From: Geosiphon pyriformis uo1
Taxonomy: Eukaryota > Fungi > Glomeromycota
Direction of reading: 5' to 3'
DNA length: 64,000 nt
NCBI GenBank assembly: GCA_016748015.1
Contig: JAAOMT010000659.1
Span: 437,222 to 501,221, forward strand
This document shows positions 44,987 to 58,200 of the stretch, in pieces. Below the pieces are notes generated by a model. The model was not told the origin of the DNA. It worked only from the letters and a program-made list of their open reading frames with translations, and did not search any database. A program made the translations under genes and the position numbers. The stretch's first letter is position 1, and every line of letters starts with the position of its first letter.

Positions 44987-46864
44987 ATGTCGAATAAGAA
45001 AGCTCCTGTTGGTGCTTCTTCTGGTTTTGTTGGTGGTTCCTCCTCTCAAAAAAAAAGAATTTCCCTTTGCCATATGGATCAGTCTGGTAATAGAAACAAA
45101 GCTGCTTTGGCCAAATCTATTTCTGGTGGGAGTCAATACTCGGATATGGAAAGTGATTCTGGTGACAGTGTTGCTGGTGGCATCTTGGCTGGTGGTAATG
45201 ATGGTTCTCTTCTTGGCTCGGCTGCAACTATGTTTAAGACAAAGAGAGTTAAGAATAATTTGGACTGTGGCTCCCCTCTTGGTTCGTTAGATTACAACAT
45301 AGATGATGATGATGGCGGTCCTCTCCCCTCTCCTCTTGGTATTCCTTTAGAAAAAATGTGGTTGGATCCCAAGATTGTTAAATCTCAAGTGGAAGTTGCT
45401 GTTAAGAAATCCTTTGCATTAGATATTAATCTCTTGGCTGTGGAAGACAAATCGGTGACTGTAAAAACTCAATTGATCAGAAAATTGTTTTTAAAAATCA
45501 ACGGTTTTGGGGGGACCACTACCCTCTCAAATTTTGAAGGGATCATCAGATCGACGTTTACTTCATCAGAGAGCATGGAAAAGACCGCATCATTGGCCAA
45601 AAAAAATAACATCATAGTAAACAGCGATCTTAAGAGACAAGGAATTCACTCAGATCGGGCCATAGTAATCAAGGAAATTTCCATGGACATGCCAAAGGAA
45701 ATAATCATTGCCGTAGTATCCGAATATGGTCAGATAGTGTCTATCAAAGTCCAGTTAATTGGGCTATGGCAGAAGGCTGTGGTGGAGTTTGCTGAATCTA
45801 GCCAGGCTGATCTGTTGGCATCAAAATGGTCTTTCCTAATTGGGAAAGATTCTGTGCATGTGGCCAAGACTGTGGGAGATCGTGAGACATGGGCTTTTAG
45901 GGATCAATTCAGGGTGCTTCTGTTCACTTTGCCAGTGGGAACGACAGCTCATGACCTTGAGAATCTTTTGGAAGGGGCTGGTGGGAAAACTTGTGTCATC
46001 AATCATTTATTGGAGACTAGCAACAGAACACACTGTGCTGTGGTATGTTTTGAATCTGATGAAGCTATGGAATCAGCCTTTCACACAGAGCCAATCTTGG
46101 GTGGAGTGAAACTCTCATGGGCTAGGTTGAATTTGGTTCGCTGTGAACGGTATGAGAAGTTTGGTCATTCTGCCTTGGAATGTGATGCTGAGGTTGCATC
46201 AGATTCTCAGTCACACAAATCTTTTAAAAAGCCTGCTAACTTGGATACTCGTCTCCAGTTGGCCAAATTATATGCTAAAAAGAAGGTTTCGATCTCTTGT
46301 CCTGTCGCTTTTGGAGGCAAATCCTGGGCCCAAGTGGTCTCAGTTGCTTCGGTCTCTTATGTTTCTCTTGATGGCTCTGGTTCTGGTTCTTTGCTCTTTG
46401 GTGCTTTAAGTTCTGGTAATACCCCTCCTCCTCCCTCTATGGTTGATGCCCCCTTGGGTGTACGTTTGGCACATTTGGAACACTCTGTAGAGCTTTTATC
46501 TGATCAAATTTCGAACATTCTTCTTCATTTTGACAATCTCAGTTTGGTGCCTTTAGTTTCTCCTTCTAATATGATTCCTCTGGTGGATACTCTTCAACCG
46601 TCTGTCTCTGGTTCTCTCATGGTGGCTAACTCTGACTTGGATTCCAACATGGTGTTAGACATTCCTTTGACTCAATCCATTTCTTTTCCTTCTGGCAATG
46701 ATAATTCTCAATTGGGTCATAGCAGTTCCAAGATGCTGACTTCTAAAATTAGTGTTTTAGAATCAAAGTTGGTTGCTCTCGATGCCTCCATTGGTTCGAT
46801 TTTGGCGAAGTTAGAGCAAATGTGTGCTGGTTCGGGTCCTCTGGTCCTTTCCTCATCTCAATGA
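44987..46864 (+). CDS. LINE ORF1 (RRM-like segments, decayed CCHC knuckle, C-terminal coiled coils)
   Basis: Uninterrupted frame from ATG 44987; IVIKEISMD..SEYGQIVSI..AVVEF; CERYEKFGHSALEC (CX2CX4HX4C with one C>Y). Confidence 0.85.
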   Translation: MSNKKAPVGASSGFVGGSSSQKKRISLCHMDQSGNRNKAALAKSISGGSQYSDMESDSGDSVAGGILAGGNDGSLLGSAATMFKTKRVKNNLDCGSPLGSLDYNIDDDDGGPLPSPLGIPLEKMWLDPKIVKSQVEVAVKKSFALDINLLAVEDKSVTVKTQLIRKLFLKINGFGGTTTLSNFEGIIRSTFTSSESMEKTASLAKKNNIIVNSDLKRQGIHSDRAIVIKEISMDMPKEIIIAVVSEYGQIVSIKVQLIGLWQKAVVEFAESSQADLLASKWSFLIGKDSVHVAKTVGDRETWAFRDQFRVLLFTLPVGTTAHDLENLLEGAGGKTCVINHLLETSNRTHCAVVCFESDEAMESAFHTEPILGGVKLSWARLNLVRCERYEKFGHSALECDAEVASDSQSHKSFKKPANLDTRLQLAKLYAKKKVSISCPVAFGGKSWAQVVSVASVSYVSLDGSGSGSLLFGALSSGNTPPPPSMVDAPLGVRLAHLEHSVELLSDQISNILLHFDNLSLVPLVSPSNMIPLVDTLQPSVSGSLMVANSDLDSNMVLDIPLTQSISFPSGNDNSQLGHSSSKMLTSKISVLESKLVALDASIGSILAKLEQMCAGSGPLVLSSSQ

Positions 46865-49800
46865 CCAGTTATATTTGGAAAATTGCCATGTGCAATGTTA
46901 GGGGTATGAACAATCCTACAAAACAGGAGGATATTATTTGTTGGCATAAAAAAATGAACAATGTGATTTCAATTGTTATTGAGACTAAGTTGAAAGATGG
47001 GGTTTGCCCTTGGATTATGAATAAGTTTGTTGGCATCCAGGTTTTTACTTCTGGTTTGAGTTCTGGTCACATGGATTCTGGGGTCGCAATCATTATGAAC
47101 AATTTCTTGGCTCGGCATGTGTGTAATGTGTTAGACATTCCTGGCCGGTTTCTCTCTATTAAGCTTCTCTTCAAAAATAAGCTGTCTGTGTCAATTTTGG
47201 GGCTATATGCTGGATCATTTTTGGCAGTACATTTCTCTCAGGCAGATGATATCAATTCTTTGATCGCAAGGACAGTAAATGAGTTTTCCTTCATCATCTT
47301 GGGTGGTGACTTCAATGAAGATGGTTCTTACAAAAGTGCCAGCTTAAGAAAATGCTTTGATTTGGGTTTGGTCAACTCTTTGAATGGAAGCATGTTTGGA
47401 AAGGAAGCTACGTGGAATAATTCTCATGGGGTGGCTAAAATTATTGATTATGTGTTTGTGTCGTCAAGTCTTGTTAACGCAATTTTGGGTCATAATGTAT
47501 CTGGTGTCGAAGAGTATTTTAACACTGATCATAAAGCCGTTTCTGTTTCCGTGGGTCTTGGTGGTTTGCTGAATGTGCAGTTGAACTCATTGCATAATCA
47601 GATGAATAAAGATCGCTGGAAGTACAATTTTGCAAATGCTGATGATGCCAATTGGATCAAGTTTAAAGAGGATACTTCAGCAAATGCTGCCATGTTCCAT
47701 GATGAATTTTATGCTGCCAAGATATGTTTGGACCTGGACACAATGTGGAGTCACCTTTGCCAAGTGGTGTGTTTGTCGGCTGAAAACGTTTTCAAAAAAA
47801 AATAGTTTAAGAGTTTTGACAGTGTTTATAATAGAGTATTATCTAGATTTCACAAATTAGAACTTTTGGTGTCAAAGATTGTCAAAGCCTCTCATCTGGT
47901 CTCTCATGAAGAATTTATTTCTCTACTTGACACATAGAAGGGAATTGATACTGCTAATGCTTCTGTTGTGGAGTCTCTCTTTCTTTTAGGTTCTCATTTT
48001 GATACCATTCATTCAGCTTTGGCCAAGATAAGGAAATCTTACCGTTCATCTAAGTTGTCAGAGTCAAACCGTGCAAAAGAATCTCAGATCAAGTTGGCAA
48101 TTGACAAAAAAATGGAGAGTTTTGAGTTGAACAAAGGTCATACTGTACGTAGTGTTTTGGAATGACCCTTCCACAAGGTGGTTTTAGATCATTTGGTGGT
48201 AGGGGATGAAATGGTGTTGGATCCTGCTCCTGTGAAGTCTAAGGTGGATGAAATTATGGAAGGCTAGACTAGAAAGTGAAGGGTGGTGCTTGACGTTAAT
48301 AATGAGTGGTTTCGCCAGTATCGTCCTTTGGGTTATGTTTTTGATGAAGCTTTTTCTGGTGTAATGGGTTTGATCAACTTCAACGAATTGTTTGGGATTG
48401 TTTCCAACCTGCCAGATGGCAAAGCTGCTGGCCTTTTGGATATTTCAAATGAGCTTTGGAAACATTGCAATGTTTCAGTCCTTAATATGCTCTTGGTGCT
48501 TTTGAACTCTTGTCTGTCTAAGAAATCTGTCCTTGGCCCTTGGAGAGAAGCTTGGGTTTCGATGATTCCCAAACCATATGAATGGGAGAATGTTCTTACA
48601 AATACTCATCCTATTGCACTAATTGAGACAGCTCGCAAGATTCTCTCCAAAATACTCTCAGACAAGATTTCTTCAGCATGCAGCACTCATGATGTCCTTC
48701 GTGATAACAATTTTTTGGTTTTGAAAGATACAACGACACAGTCCCCCATTTTTGCAGTTGGTTCGGTTGTTGAAGATGCCCTGGAAAAGAACAGAGAGCT
48801 TTGGCTGGTCTTGCAGAATATGAAAAAGGCGTATAATTCAGTTGGCTGGGAGCATTTGGAGAAGTGTTTGGTCAGAATTAAAATGTGTAACAAGTTTATT
48901 CGGTTTTTTGGTGGCATTCACAGAGGTTGCACTAATCGAGTCATGACAGATTTTGGTTTAACAGATGGTTATTGTGTCCATGATGGTTTAGATCAGGGAG
49001 AGGTTTTTTTCCCTCTCCTGTGGCGCATTTTTTATGATCCCCTTTTGTGCGAAGTCAAGCGTCAGAAGAGTGTCTGTGGGTATAGGCTAATTTCTCATTT
49101 TGTTTCCAAAAGTGGTTGTGTTGAATCACAAGCTGGGCTTTCTTCCTATTTTGCCGCTGGCACCTTTGTTGATGATACAATTTAGATGGGCAGTAGTCAG
49201 AGTGCAACTCAACACATTTTGAACATTGCTAGTGAGTTTTTTCGGATTAATAACATCTCAATAAACAATGACAAAACAGTAGCTATTCCTATCAATTGTA
49301 AAGTTAGAAATTCCGCTCTTTTTATTAGTGGTTCTCCTATCTCTGTTGCCAAAAAAGGTGAATCCCATCAGTATCTGGGCATATTTCTGTCAACTGAAGG
49401 CCTTTTCAAACCCAGTTTAGCTAAGGTGTATTCAGATGTTTGTTTCTTTACAAATTTGGTTCTTAAAAAGGCTATCTCTGATAAGCAGTTCTTATATTTG
49501 GTTTCAGTGGTTCTTCAACCTATAATTAGCTACAGAACACAATTTAGCTTTGTTCCTATAGGCATTTGCAACAAGTGAGATGCTATAATTTGTAAGAGCC
49601 TGAAGCTTAAATCTGGACTTCCACTCGATTTTCCTAGTGATTCAATTTACCACCCCTCCTTTTATGGTTTAAGATCTTTCTTGCAAATTCAGTCTGAAGG
49701 CAAGATTGCTTCTCTTATTAATTTTGCCAACTCTGGTGGGATTGTGGGTCGTTTGTTCTCTCATAGGTCTCATAACCTGCAGGTTTTATGTTGGCACCCT

Positions 49801-51549
49801 ATTCATCTGTTGAGTTTTCTTGTTTGCATTTGTGTTAGTGCCTCTAATAATTTTTTGGCAGGTTTGGTTTATGTGCTTTATAATTGCAAATTGTTCTTGG
49901 GTAGATCCTTTCCCAATTCCTTTCGTGCTGATAGTGGAATGCCCATGTCAACTGTTTTGGGTGAATCAGTGTTTTCTAGGTGTCTCCCCTCACTTTGGCA
50001 GTATGGGGTGGTCTTTGAAGACCAACTTCATGATCATTATGGTACTGTCTTTGATTGGTCTACATTTAAGCGATGGAAGAAACTCGACCCCCATGGCCCT
50101 ATTCCTAAGTAGTTCAGACTTTCTGCTGTGTTTCTTGCTGGAGAGGATTTCTCTTCTGCCTGCATCCCTCTTCTTGCTAATATTGGTCCCTTGAACATTC
50201 TGGGTTTCTCTGGTTTTGTGTCTGTCTGCAATCGTCTTTCACAAGTCAATGCAAGGGTGTTATCAGTTTACACTGATGAGTCATTGAGAAATTTGGGTAC
50301 AGTTGGCTGTGAAGTGGGTGCTGCGGCCTTTTTCGAGAACATTGGTATAGGTTTGGGTGTTGGCGTGTCTGGGTTGATGTCATCTACTATGGCTGAGTTA
50401 CAGGCAATTGCATTGGCTCTCGAGTGTGTTCCTGTTTTTAGTAATGTACATTTATTTTCGGATAGTCAGTCTGCTTTGGATGCTTGCAAATCGGAATTGG
50501 GTTTGATGGTTCCTGATTTCCATAATCGGTGTTGGGTTGAGCGTTGGCACATTGCCAACGTCATATACAGTAAGGGCCTAAAAGTTACCTGGCACAAAAT
50601 CAAAGGTCATTCTGGGATTTCGGGAAACGAGCATGCTGATGTAATTGCCGGTGCTGTTTCTGTTTCTGACTGGTTTTTTTCTCTTCGCCTGGATGAACAC
50701 TTTTTGATGGCTGATGGCAATGTTGTCTCTGGCAATTCAAGGCACTTCGTCTGTGACACTTTTTGTGCCATGTGTCATGCACGTTGGAAGGTGAGATCTG
50801 GTTCTAAATTTTTGCCTGTCGACTTGTGTGCTAATGTTGATTGGTTCCGCTCTTCTTTGGTGTGGCATCCTGATTTGCATATGGCTACTGGTTTCACTAG
50901 CAAGATTTCGGCTAATGCGCGCTCTTATTTTATGAAGGCTTTACATCATTGGTTGTCTGTGGCTATTCGAAAACAGCTTTATAATAGACTTTATCCCAGT
51001 ATGTTGTGTCTATATTGTGGTAATGTAGAGATGTTGGATCATGTTTTTTCTTGTAAGGTCAATGATTCTGCTCGGCGTCAGTTGTTAAATTCTTACATGA
51101 ACACTTGGAAAACACTTTCTGGTTCTTCTGTCTCTTCTTCAGTTTTGTTGCAGTTGTTGTCGTCTTGTGTTTCAGGGTCCTTAGTATCCATGGCCCTCCA
51201 TAAGGGTTTTGTTTTTGATGAATAGTTTGGTGAAGCTGTCTCTGTCTTCCATAATTCCAAGGTGGCATGTTTGGAGGTTGTTAATTTTGTGCGTTCTCTT
51301 GGCCTTGCTTTTAGAGATGAGATCTGATTGATTTGGGCCAAACACCATGCCTATATGGAAAAGCATGGACTGATTCCTTTGGATGGTTCGTCTTCTACTT
51401 CAGTCTCTGGTTTGACTTCATGGCTTTCCGCTGGTGTGGTTGATTTGCTTGGTATTAATAAAGCTTTTGGTGTGTATTTTGGTTTTCACAAGTTTTGTAT
51501 GTTTTTTTCTGGCATTGGTGATTCAGCTTCTGTCTATATAGCTGCGTAG
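46861..51549 (+). pseudogene. LINE ORF2: AP endonuclease, RT, RNase H, C-terminal Cys-His motif
   Basis: CNVRG, ETKL, GGDFN, IDYVF, TDHK; GKAAG, PIALIE, KKAYNSV, QGE..PLLW, FVDD; YTDES, AELQAI, SDSQ, KGHSGISGNEHAD; CLYC..E..DHVFSC. One frame with in-frame stops. Confidence 0.93.
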
Positions 51550-52809
51550 TGTTGTCCTGACTGGCCCAAGTGGCTGGTCACGTGTAGAAAGTGCATGATT
51601 CACGCCTAGTTTAGATCATTTCTTTGATGTATAGTGCTAGGTTGTGTGTAGACCTCACTCGTTAAATAAAATAAAAAAAAATATTATTTATATCATAGTT
51701 TTATATTCAATTATATATAAAAACATATTAATAATTAGGAAGCTTTAAAATAAACTTAATAAGTTTTCTTTTAATTTTATAAGTAATTATATCTTTTTAT
51801 AAATTACAGATTATACTTATATAATATTACTATTTTCTAAAACATTATATAGCTTTTGTAATATTTTTATATACTCTCAAGAATATATAGTTACAAAACA
51901 ATACTTTGTTGCTAATAATACTTATATTATTTTCAAATATAATTGAAAAAATAAATATAATGTTTTTAAAAAACTAGTATTAAAAAATTAACAATAAAAA
52001 ACAACAATTTGTTTAATAAACTATTTTTTACTATATATAAATAATTATTTAAAGCTAATGAATTCTAATATTTAATAATTTATAATATCAAACATAATTA
52101 TAAGCTATTTAATAATATTGCTAAATATTTTATTATTCAATAACTTAAATTTAAACAAAAAGTATTAATTTTATAAATTTTAAGTATAAACATTGTACTA
52201 AAGACAATTTTAATAATATTACAACCAAAAAATTTTAAACAATATATAACTTCAAAAACTATTTATAATAAATAAACATATTTTTAAAAAATAAACTCAA
52301 TTAATTTAGATTTTAATTACATTTTTTATAATTAAAAATATTTTTAATGAATAAATTTGAGAATATTTTTTAAGTATTTTAAATTGCTTTAAACAAAATA
52401 TTGCTCATTAAAAATTATCTATTTAATAAAATTTATCTCAATTTAAAATTGTTGAAAATATTTTTTTTAAATTTAAATACATATATATAAAATTTGTAAA
52501 AAACAAAGCCATAATATTCAAATTTGCTTATAATGAAATGTTTTTTAATTTTAGAATATTATAAATTACTTAAGACATAATAAAAAATTAATATATATAA
52601 TTTATATTCAATTTTATATAAGAAAAATTTTATTTTATTTTATTTTAATTAAATTAATATTTATTAGAATTATTAATAAATAAATATTAAAATTCTATAT
52701 ATATTAATATTATGTATTGTAAGTTAATTTAACAAAAAAAATAAGTCAATTTAATAATTTTTTATATTATTATTTTAAAATTTTATTTATTTATATAAAA
52801 TATTTTATT

Positions 52810-54269
52810 ATTATTAAATATTTAACAAATAAAGTCCAACAGCTATCTAGTATATCAAACCAAACTAAGTGGTTCAAACTAAATACCATTTATGCTTTTA
52901 TTATATGTGACTAGTTATTCAAGTCAGACAAAACAATACTAAATATTTATACCAATATATGTATCTCTGTCTAAACCAGAAAAGAAAGAGTATTGTTTAT
53001 GTCTACCAAAACTAATTGCAAAAAACTTTACTATATCAAGCAATTAAACTATTTTATTTAATAATATAAATACTATACAACAAGACAAATCTGAAATTAT
53101 GCCATTATTTTTAACCAATTCAGCTTTTTCCATGTTTATTTTATGCTTCAATCTTATGAGTTATATCTTAATCTAATGCAATTTCATCAAATATTTTATA
53201 TATTCAACAAGAGCAGAAACCACCTTCACTTTTTTATCAAAAATTATAACAGTTTCAACATACCAGTTTTTTAGCACAAACATTTTGCAAATTGCCATAT
53301 ACAAACTCATATTTAATAAACACTAAAAAAGTGTTTACAGAACAACAGAGAAAGACAAACAGTAAGCATCTACTAATAATATATATTTCTTAAAAGCTTC
53401 TACCAAAATATCTTCTTGAATACTATTATTATTAGCACAAGCAAAAACATGATCAGATAATTTTACTTTACCATACAATAAATACAGCACATTAAAATAT
53501 AATTTATTATACAATCTCTTTTTAACTATTATTAGTAATTATCTATATACAGTCTTTATTAAGTAAGTATATATATATATTTATAGACTTTCTACTAGTA
53601 AACTTAAAGAACATATGCAAGTTAAGATGCCAGACTCTTATAATAGCTAACCAATATATCTTTCTAATTAGCACACTTATAATTACATCAAAACCAGAGC
53701 CAGTCTTTTATTAAACACAACAAACAAACTTGTACAAATTATAAACAAAATAACAAGTATTGCCAAATACAGCCATATTCTTAGTTATTATAAAATGTTC
53801 TTGAATTCCAATTGGCAGATAAAAAAAAGAATAAACAGTCTCATCTACTATTTTATTAGCTTAAATATTGTCCAAAATATCTAAATAATCTTTAATTTTT
53901 ACTTATGTAACAGAAAAATTTTATTTTTTAATTAAATTAGCAATATGTTTTCTTTTTATTCAACACTAATTATAAAAGTTTGATGCAGCAAAAAACTCTT
54001 AAAAACATATGTATTAATAGCAAATTGGTTATTCAGATATAAAACCACTAAACAAAAAAATAGAATACACTTTAAAAACAGTATAATAGCTTGTAACTTG
54101 GTCATTATAGAAGACAAAAAACCACACCTTTTAATACCAAAACCTGTATTCATAACTAAAAAGTAAACAGTTGTCTCACTAGCTATTTCAGTAAAACCAA
54201 TATATTTTAAAAAACTGTTTGTGTAAACTTTAACAGAATCTGACCAAATCTTAAACAAGTCTCTTTTGC
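52810..54269 (-). mobile_element. Decayed LINE 3' part (RNase H to 3' UTR), interrupted by element C
   Basis: ORF 53956..54258 (VYTNSFLK...LSSIMTKLQAIILFLKC) matches the RNase H in 50128..51225; 52820-52945 is the reverse complement of the LINE 3' UTR. Confidence 0.85.
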
Positions 54270-55203
54270 TGTTATTTATAGAAAGTAAAAGTATTATATA
54301 GTTAGAAAAATAGCCAATCAGAAATAAGCATAGTAACAGAAAAATTGCAGAATTTCAGAATTTCAGAATTCCAGAATTTTTTGTAAAGAATTGCAGAATT
54401 TCAGAATTCCTCTAAAAAAATTGCAGGATTCCAGGAATTTTGTATAATACTAATTATATATATATAGCAGTAGTATTAAAAGTAAGAAAAGCAGAATTTG
54501 GTTCAGTTTCAGTTTAGTATCCTCTTTTTTATTTATTAATTAACTCTTACTTTACAAATAGTTAATATCTACTAAAATAAATTTATCAACAAAATATCAA
54601 ATAAAACATATTTATTATTATCCAATCTATGTTATTATCATTTGTTTAAGCATCTAACCACTCTTCTATTTATTAACACTTTATATTGATAACATTTAAC
54701 ACTTAATTATACTGAAACAATAGTTCTTAATCACAGCTATTAACAGAATACTAATTTTTTTTTATTTTTTTTTATTTCTCTTTTTTATTTTTATTTTTTA
54801 TTTTTTATTTTGTTGTTGATTTACTAACTGATTAAAAAGAATTAATATACAGAATATTAACATTAAGATATAGTACTAATAAAAAACCCAGGAATAAGAG
54901 TAAATACTCGAAATTAAGAATAGTTTACCAAAAAATACTGGCCATTAAGCTGAGAAAAAAATTGATAAAATATAGATATTTCAAGAAGCAATGAACACCA
55001 AAGCATACCAACTTAAGGGTTGGAAAAGAAACTAAAACATTATAAAAGAATATTACTATTGAATCTCTGTTCATTATACAAAAGACTCAACTAAAACTTT
55101 TATATATGAAAACTTTCAGATATTACCAACACCATACAAACTATTGAGCAACAAATTATGAGTTTGTTATTTATTCCAACTATTCAAATAATCACTTATA
55201 ACA
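54270..55203 (+). repeat. Element C 5' LTR
   Basis: TGTTA...TAACA; matches 63347-64000. Confidence 0.92.
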
Positions 55204-58200
55204 TTTGGTGCTTTCTGTGAGGTATAATTTAGCAAAGAACCAGCATTAATAGCAATTATTCAAAACAGTAGCAGAATCAGAAATAACAAGAACAAACTAT
55301 TTGGGATTTACAAAAGCTTTTTTCCAATACTATCAATCTTATTTAGGATTAACAAATAACCATTGGCCAACAGAATTAACTTTCAATTTCTACATTAATA
55401 AAAGAATTAAATCTTACTTAGAAAACCAAAAAAATCCAGAAGTAGCACTCACCAATTTTTATAATAAATTATTTTAAAGCACTATGCTTCCACAAAATTA
55501 TTTGTTTGTGCCAATAATCACAAAAATCAAAAGAAAAGTTGAAAAATACACCAGACAAAAATTTCTTATTATTTTTGTAGACAATAACAAAAGAAAATTA
55601 CAAATACCAGCAAAAACACCAAGAAACATATAACTATTTACATAGAAAAAACCAAGAGTAGTTTTATCTATTTACCTATTATATCATCATATACCAAGAA
55701 ATACTATTAACATAATATTAGCAGACATGTTCACATCAACTACAAAATTACTATTAACAAGAATAGCATTTCAAAGCTAACAAAAAAAAGCCAATTTATT
55801 AAGAACTTATAATGATTACTTTAAAAGATTCAAGTTATAATTACCAACACCATTAAAATTTTGATTACCACCATTTCAACTTGATTTTAGAGCTAGTCTG
55901 TAAAAAATAACTGACTCAGAAAAAAAGAAAAATAAAGATCAGAAATTTAATTATTAAAATCTGATTTTAAAAAACATGAAAATTCAAACTCTAATTATTT
56001 AAGTCTAACAAAACCTGAATAATTTAAACTCAGCTCTTATTATTTCTTAAAACTTATCTCCAGTAATTATAATTAATTTACCACCAGTTGCACTAATTAC
56101 TAAACCACAACAACAGCTACAACTACTATCATCACAACAACAACCAATTGCAACACCAATGACATATATATCAATTGTCAAATTAGAAAAATTCAGTAGT
56201 GAGAAAAACAATGTTCAAGTTTGATTAAATAACATCACCAAAGTCATTACCACCAATAATTAAAACAATGCCAAAGCTCTTTAAGCCATTCCATATTTTT
56301 TTCAGAATACTGCTAACTTATAGTATTAAAGCTTGATCCAGAAATCCCAAAACTTCAACAAATTTAAAACTGAATTTTTAAGATATTTTAGCAATAACAA
56401 CAGCATTAATCACTTGGCAATGGTATTTATTACTATTAAACAAAGTGACATAGAAGCAGTTACTACTTATCTAAGATGTTTCCATAGAAATCTGTGTTAA
56501 ATATAAACAATTAATGTGAATTACTTTATAGCACCACAGATTTTGAACCAGTTTATTTATTTATTACATCCACAAACATTTTAAGACACAGTCACTTATG
56601 CTAGAGATTTTGAATTGGCTGAGCTAAAAGCCAATCACACTCAAACCATTAATCTAATAATAAATAGATTATTTGACTTGAACTCCAAGTTAAAAAAATT
56701 CAGTAATTTAATCAATCAGAAATTGGAAGGATACTTAGTTAACAATTAAGCAATATATTAATCTTCACAATATTACAACAATCCAGAAACTTTCAACCAG
56801 TTCCAAAATCAGTTGTGTTCTTTTTCATCATCAATTCATCAATCATGGTTGCAAGAGATGTGTATCTGTCACAATTGTGATAAACAAGATTATATAAGAG
56901 TTAATTGCCATGCCAGAATTAATAATTAATGATTGAAAAATCAATATTAAAACTTTGATCACCAATTTTAAATTCCAAATTATTAATTAAGTCAAAGATT
57001 ATATCAACCTTATTTCATTCTACTGATACAATAAGCAATATATTTATTGCCAATTTATTAGTCTTCAGCACCAGTAATATATTAACTACAGCCACAGATC
57101 ATCTATCAACTCCAACTATTTTAAATACTACCACAAGATTCAGCTCAAATAACACCTAAAAACCAGAGACCAAGAATTATTCATACTCAACAAAACTAGA
57201 AATTAGCAATGGTTATGTACCAATTGATCTCCAGTTTATTGAGTTAATCATTAGAATCACATCAGCAGAGTTTGAGAACTGAGTACAACCAAAACCCAAA
57301 TTTCCAGAACTATTTAAGTTTCTTGGTTACTCCAGAAGATATTCAACTCAACAAATAAAAACTCAATCAAATCCAACTACTTACCAACAATATTCCATTG
57401 GCAATTATTACAAAGGACAAATTACTCATCACAATATTCCTTTTTAAAATAAAAACCCCATTAGAAATTCTATTATTTAGTGGAACTGCTTTTAATACTA
57501 AACCAATTACCATAATATACATTGATACAAAAGTCAACAGCCACCCTATTAAGCTAATTCTTGATAGTGGTTCAGCTGGCAGTATTATTACACAATAACT
57601 CATGAACCAATTAAGTTACTGAGTTAATTATGTTGTCAGTACCAGAATTATTATTACTAATGAAATGCTAAAAATGCCCATTGGTAAGATTAATAACTTT
57701 CTGTTCAAAGTCAATGGCATCAAAGTGTTAATCAAAGTGTTGGTAATAGAAGCCATGCAGTATTAAGCTCTAGTTGGTAATAACTGGCTGTCTAAGACCA
57801 ACACTGTACTTAACTGAAATACCCAAGAATTACAACTGAGCCAGAATGATCAGAATATTTGGGTATTAGCCACTTGTGAATATTTTAAGACCACCACTAA
57901 CAAGCAACCACTAATTAAGTTTGAGAAAAAAAAAGTAAACAAGTCTACTTAGGAAGCCTACCAAGTCTTCTGGCCTGATAATAATTATAACAATCTATTA
58001 CTAATACCTACATAGAAAAAAAAGGTAAAAGAAAAAAAAAAAAAAAAACATTCTAAGCAATCATCTCTATATATATCTTATATACTACCAATCTAAAACA
58101 ATCAACTTATTGCTGATTCAAATTAATTTGTGTTGATTGTGACAAGAAATTGTCAACAATGGGTGTATGCTGTGACAATAATAAGGAATGACCAACAACA

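Larger units (their letters stand above)
44828..51679 (+). mobile_element. Near full-length non-LTR retrotransposon (APE-RT-RNase H LINE), inactivated by stops
   Basis: ORF1 plus ORF2, 3' UTR and A-rich tail; candidate 11-bp TSD AATATTATTTA at 44817-44827 and 51680-51690. Confidence 0.93.

Noticed and set aside
51555-51600. Hammerhead ribozyme in the LINE 3' UTR (CTGA...GAAA)
   Set aside because: No CUGANGA core and the stem geometry does not fit.
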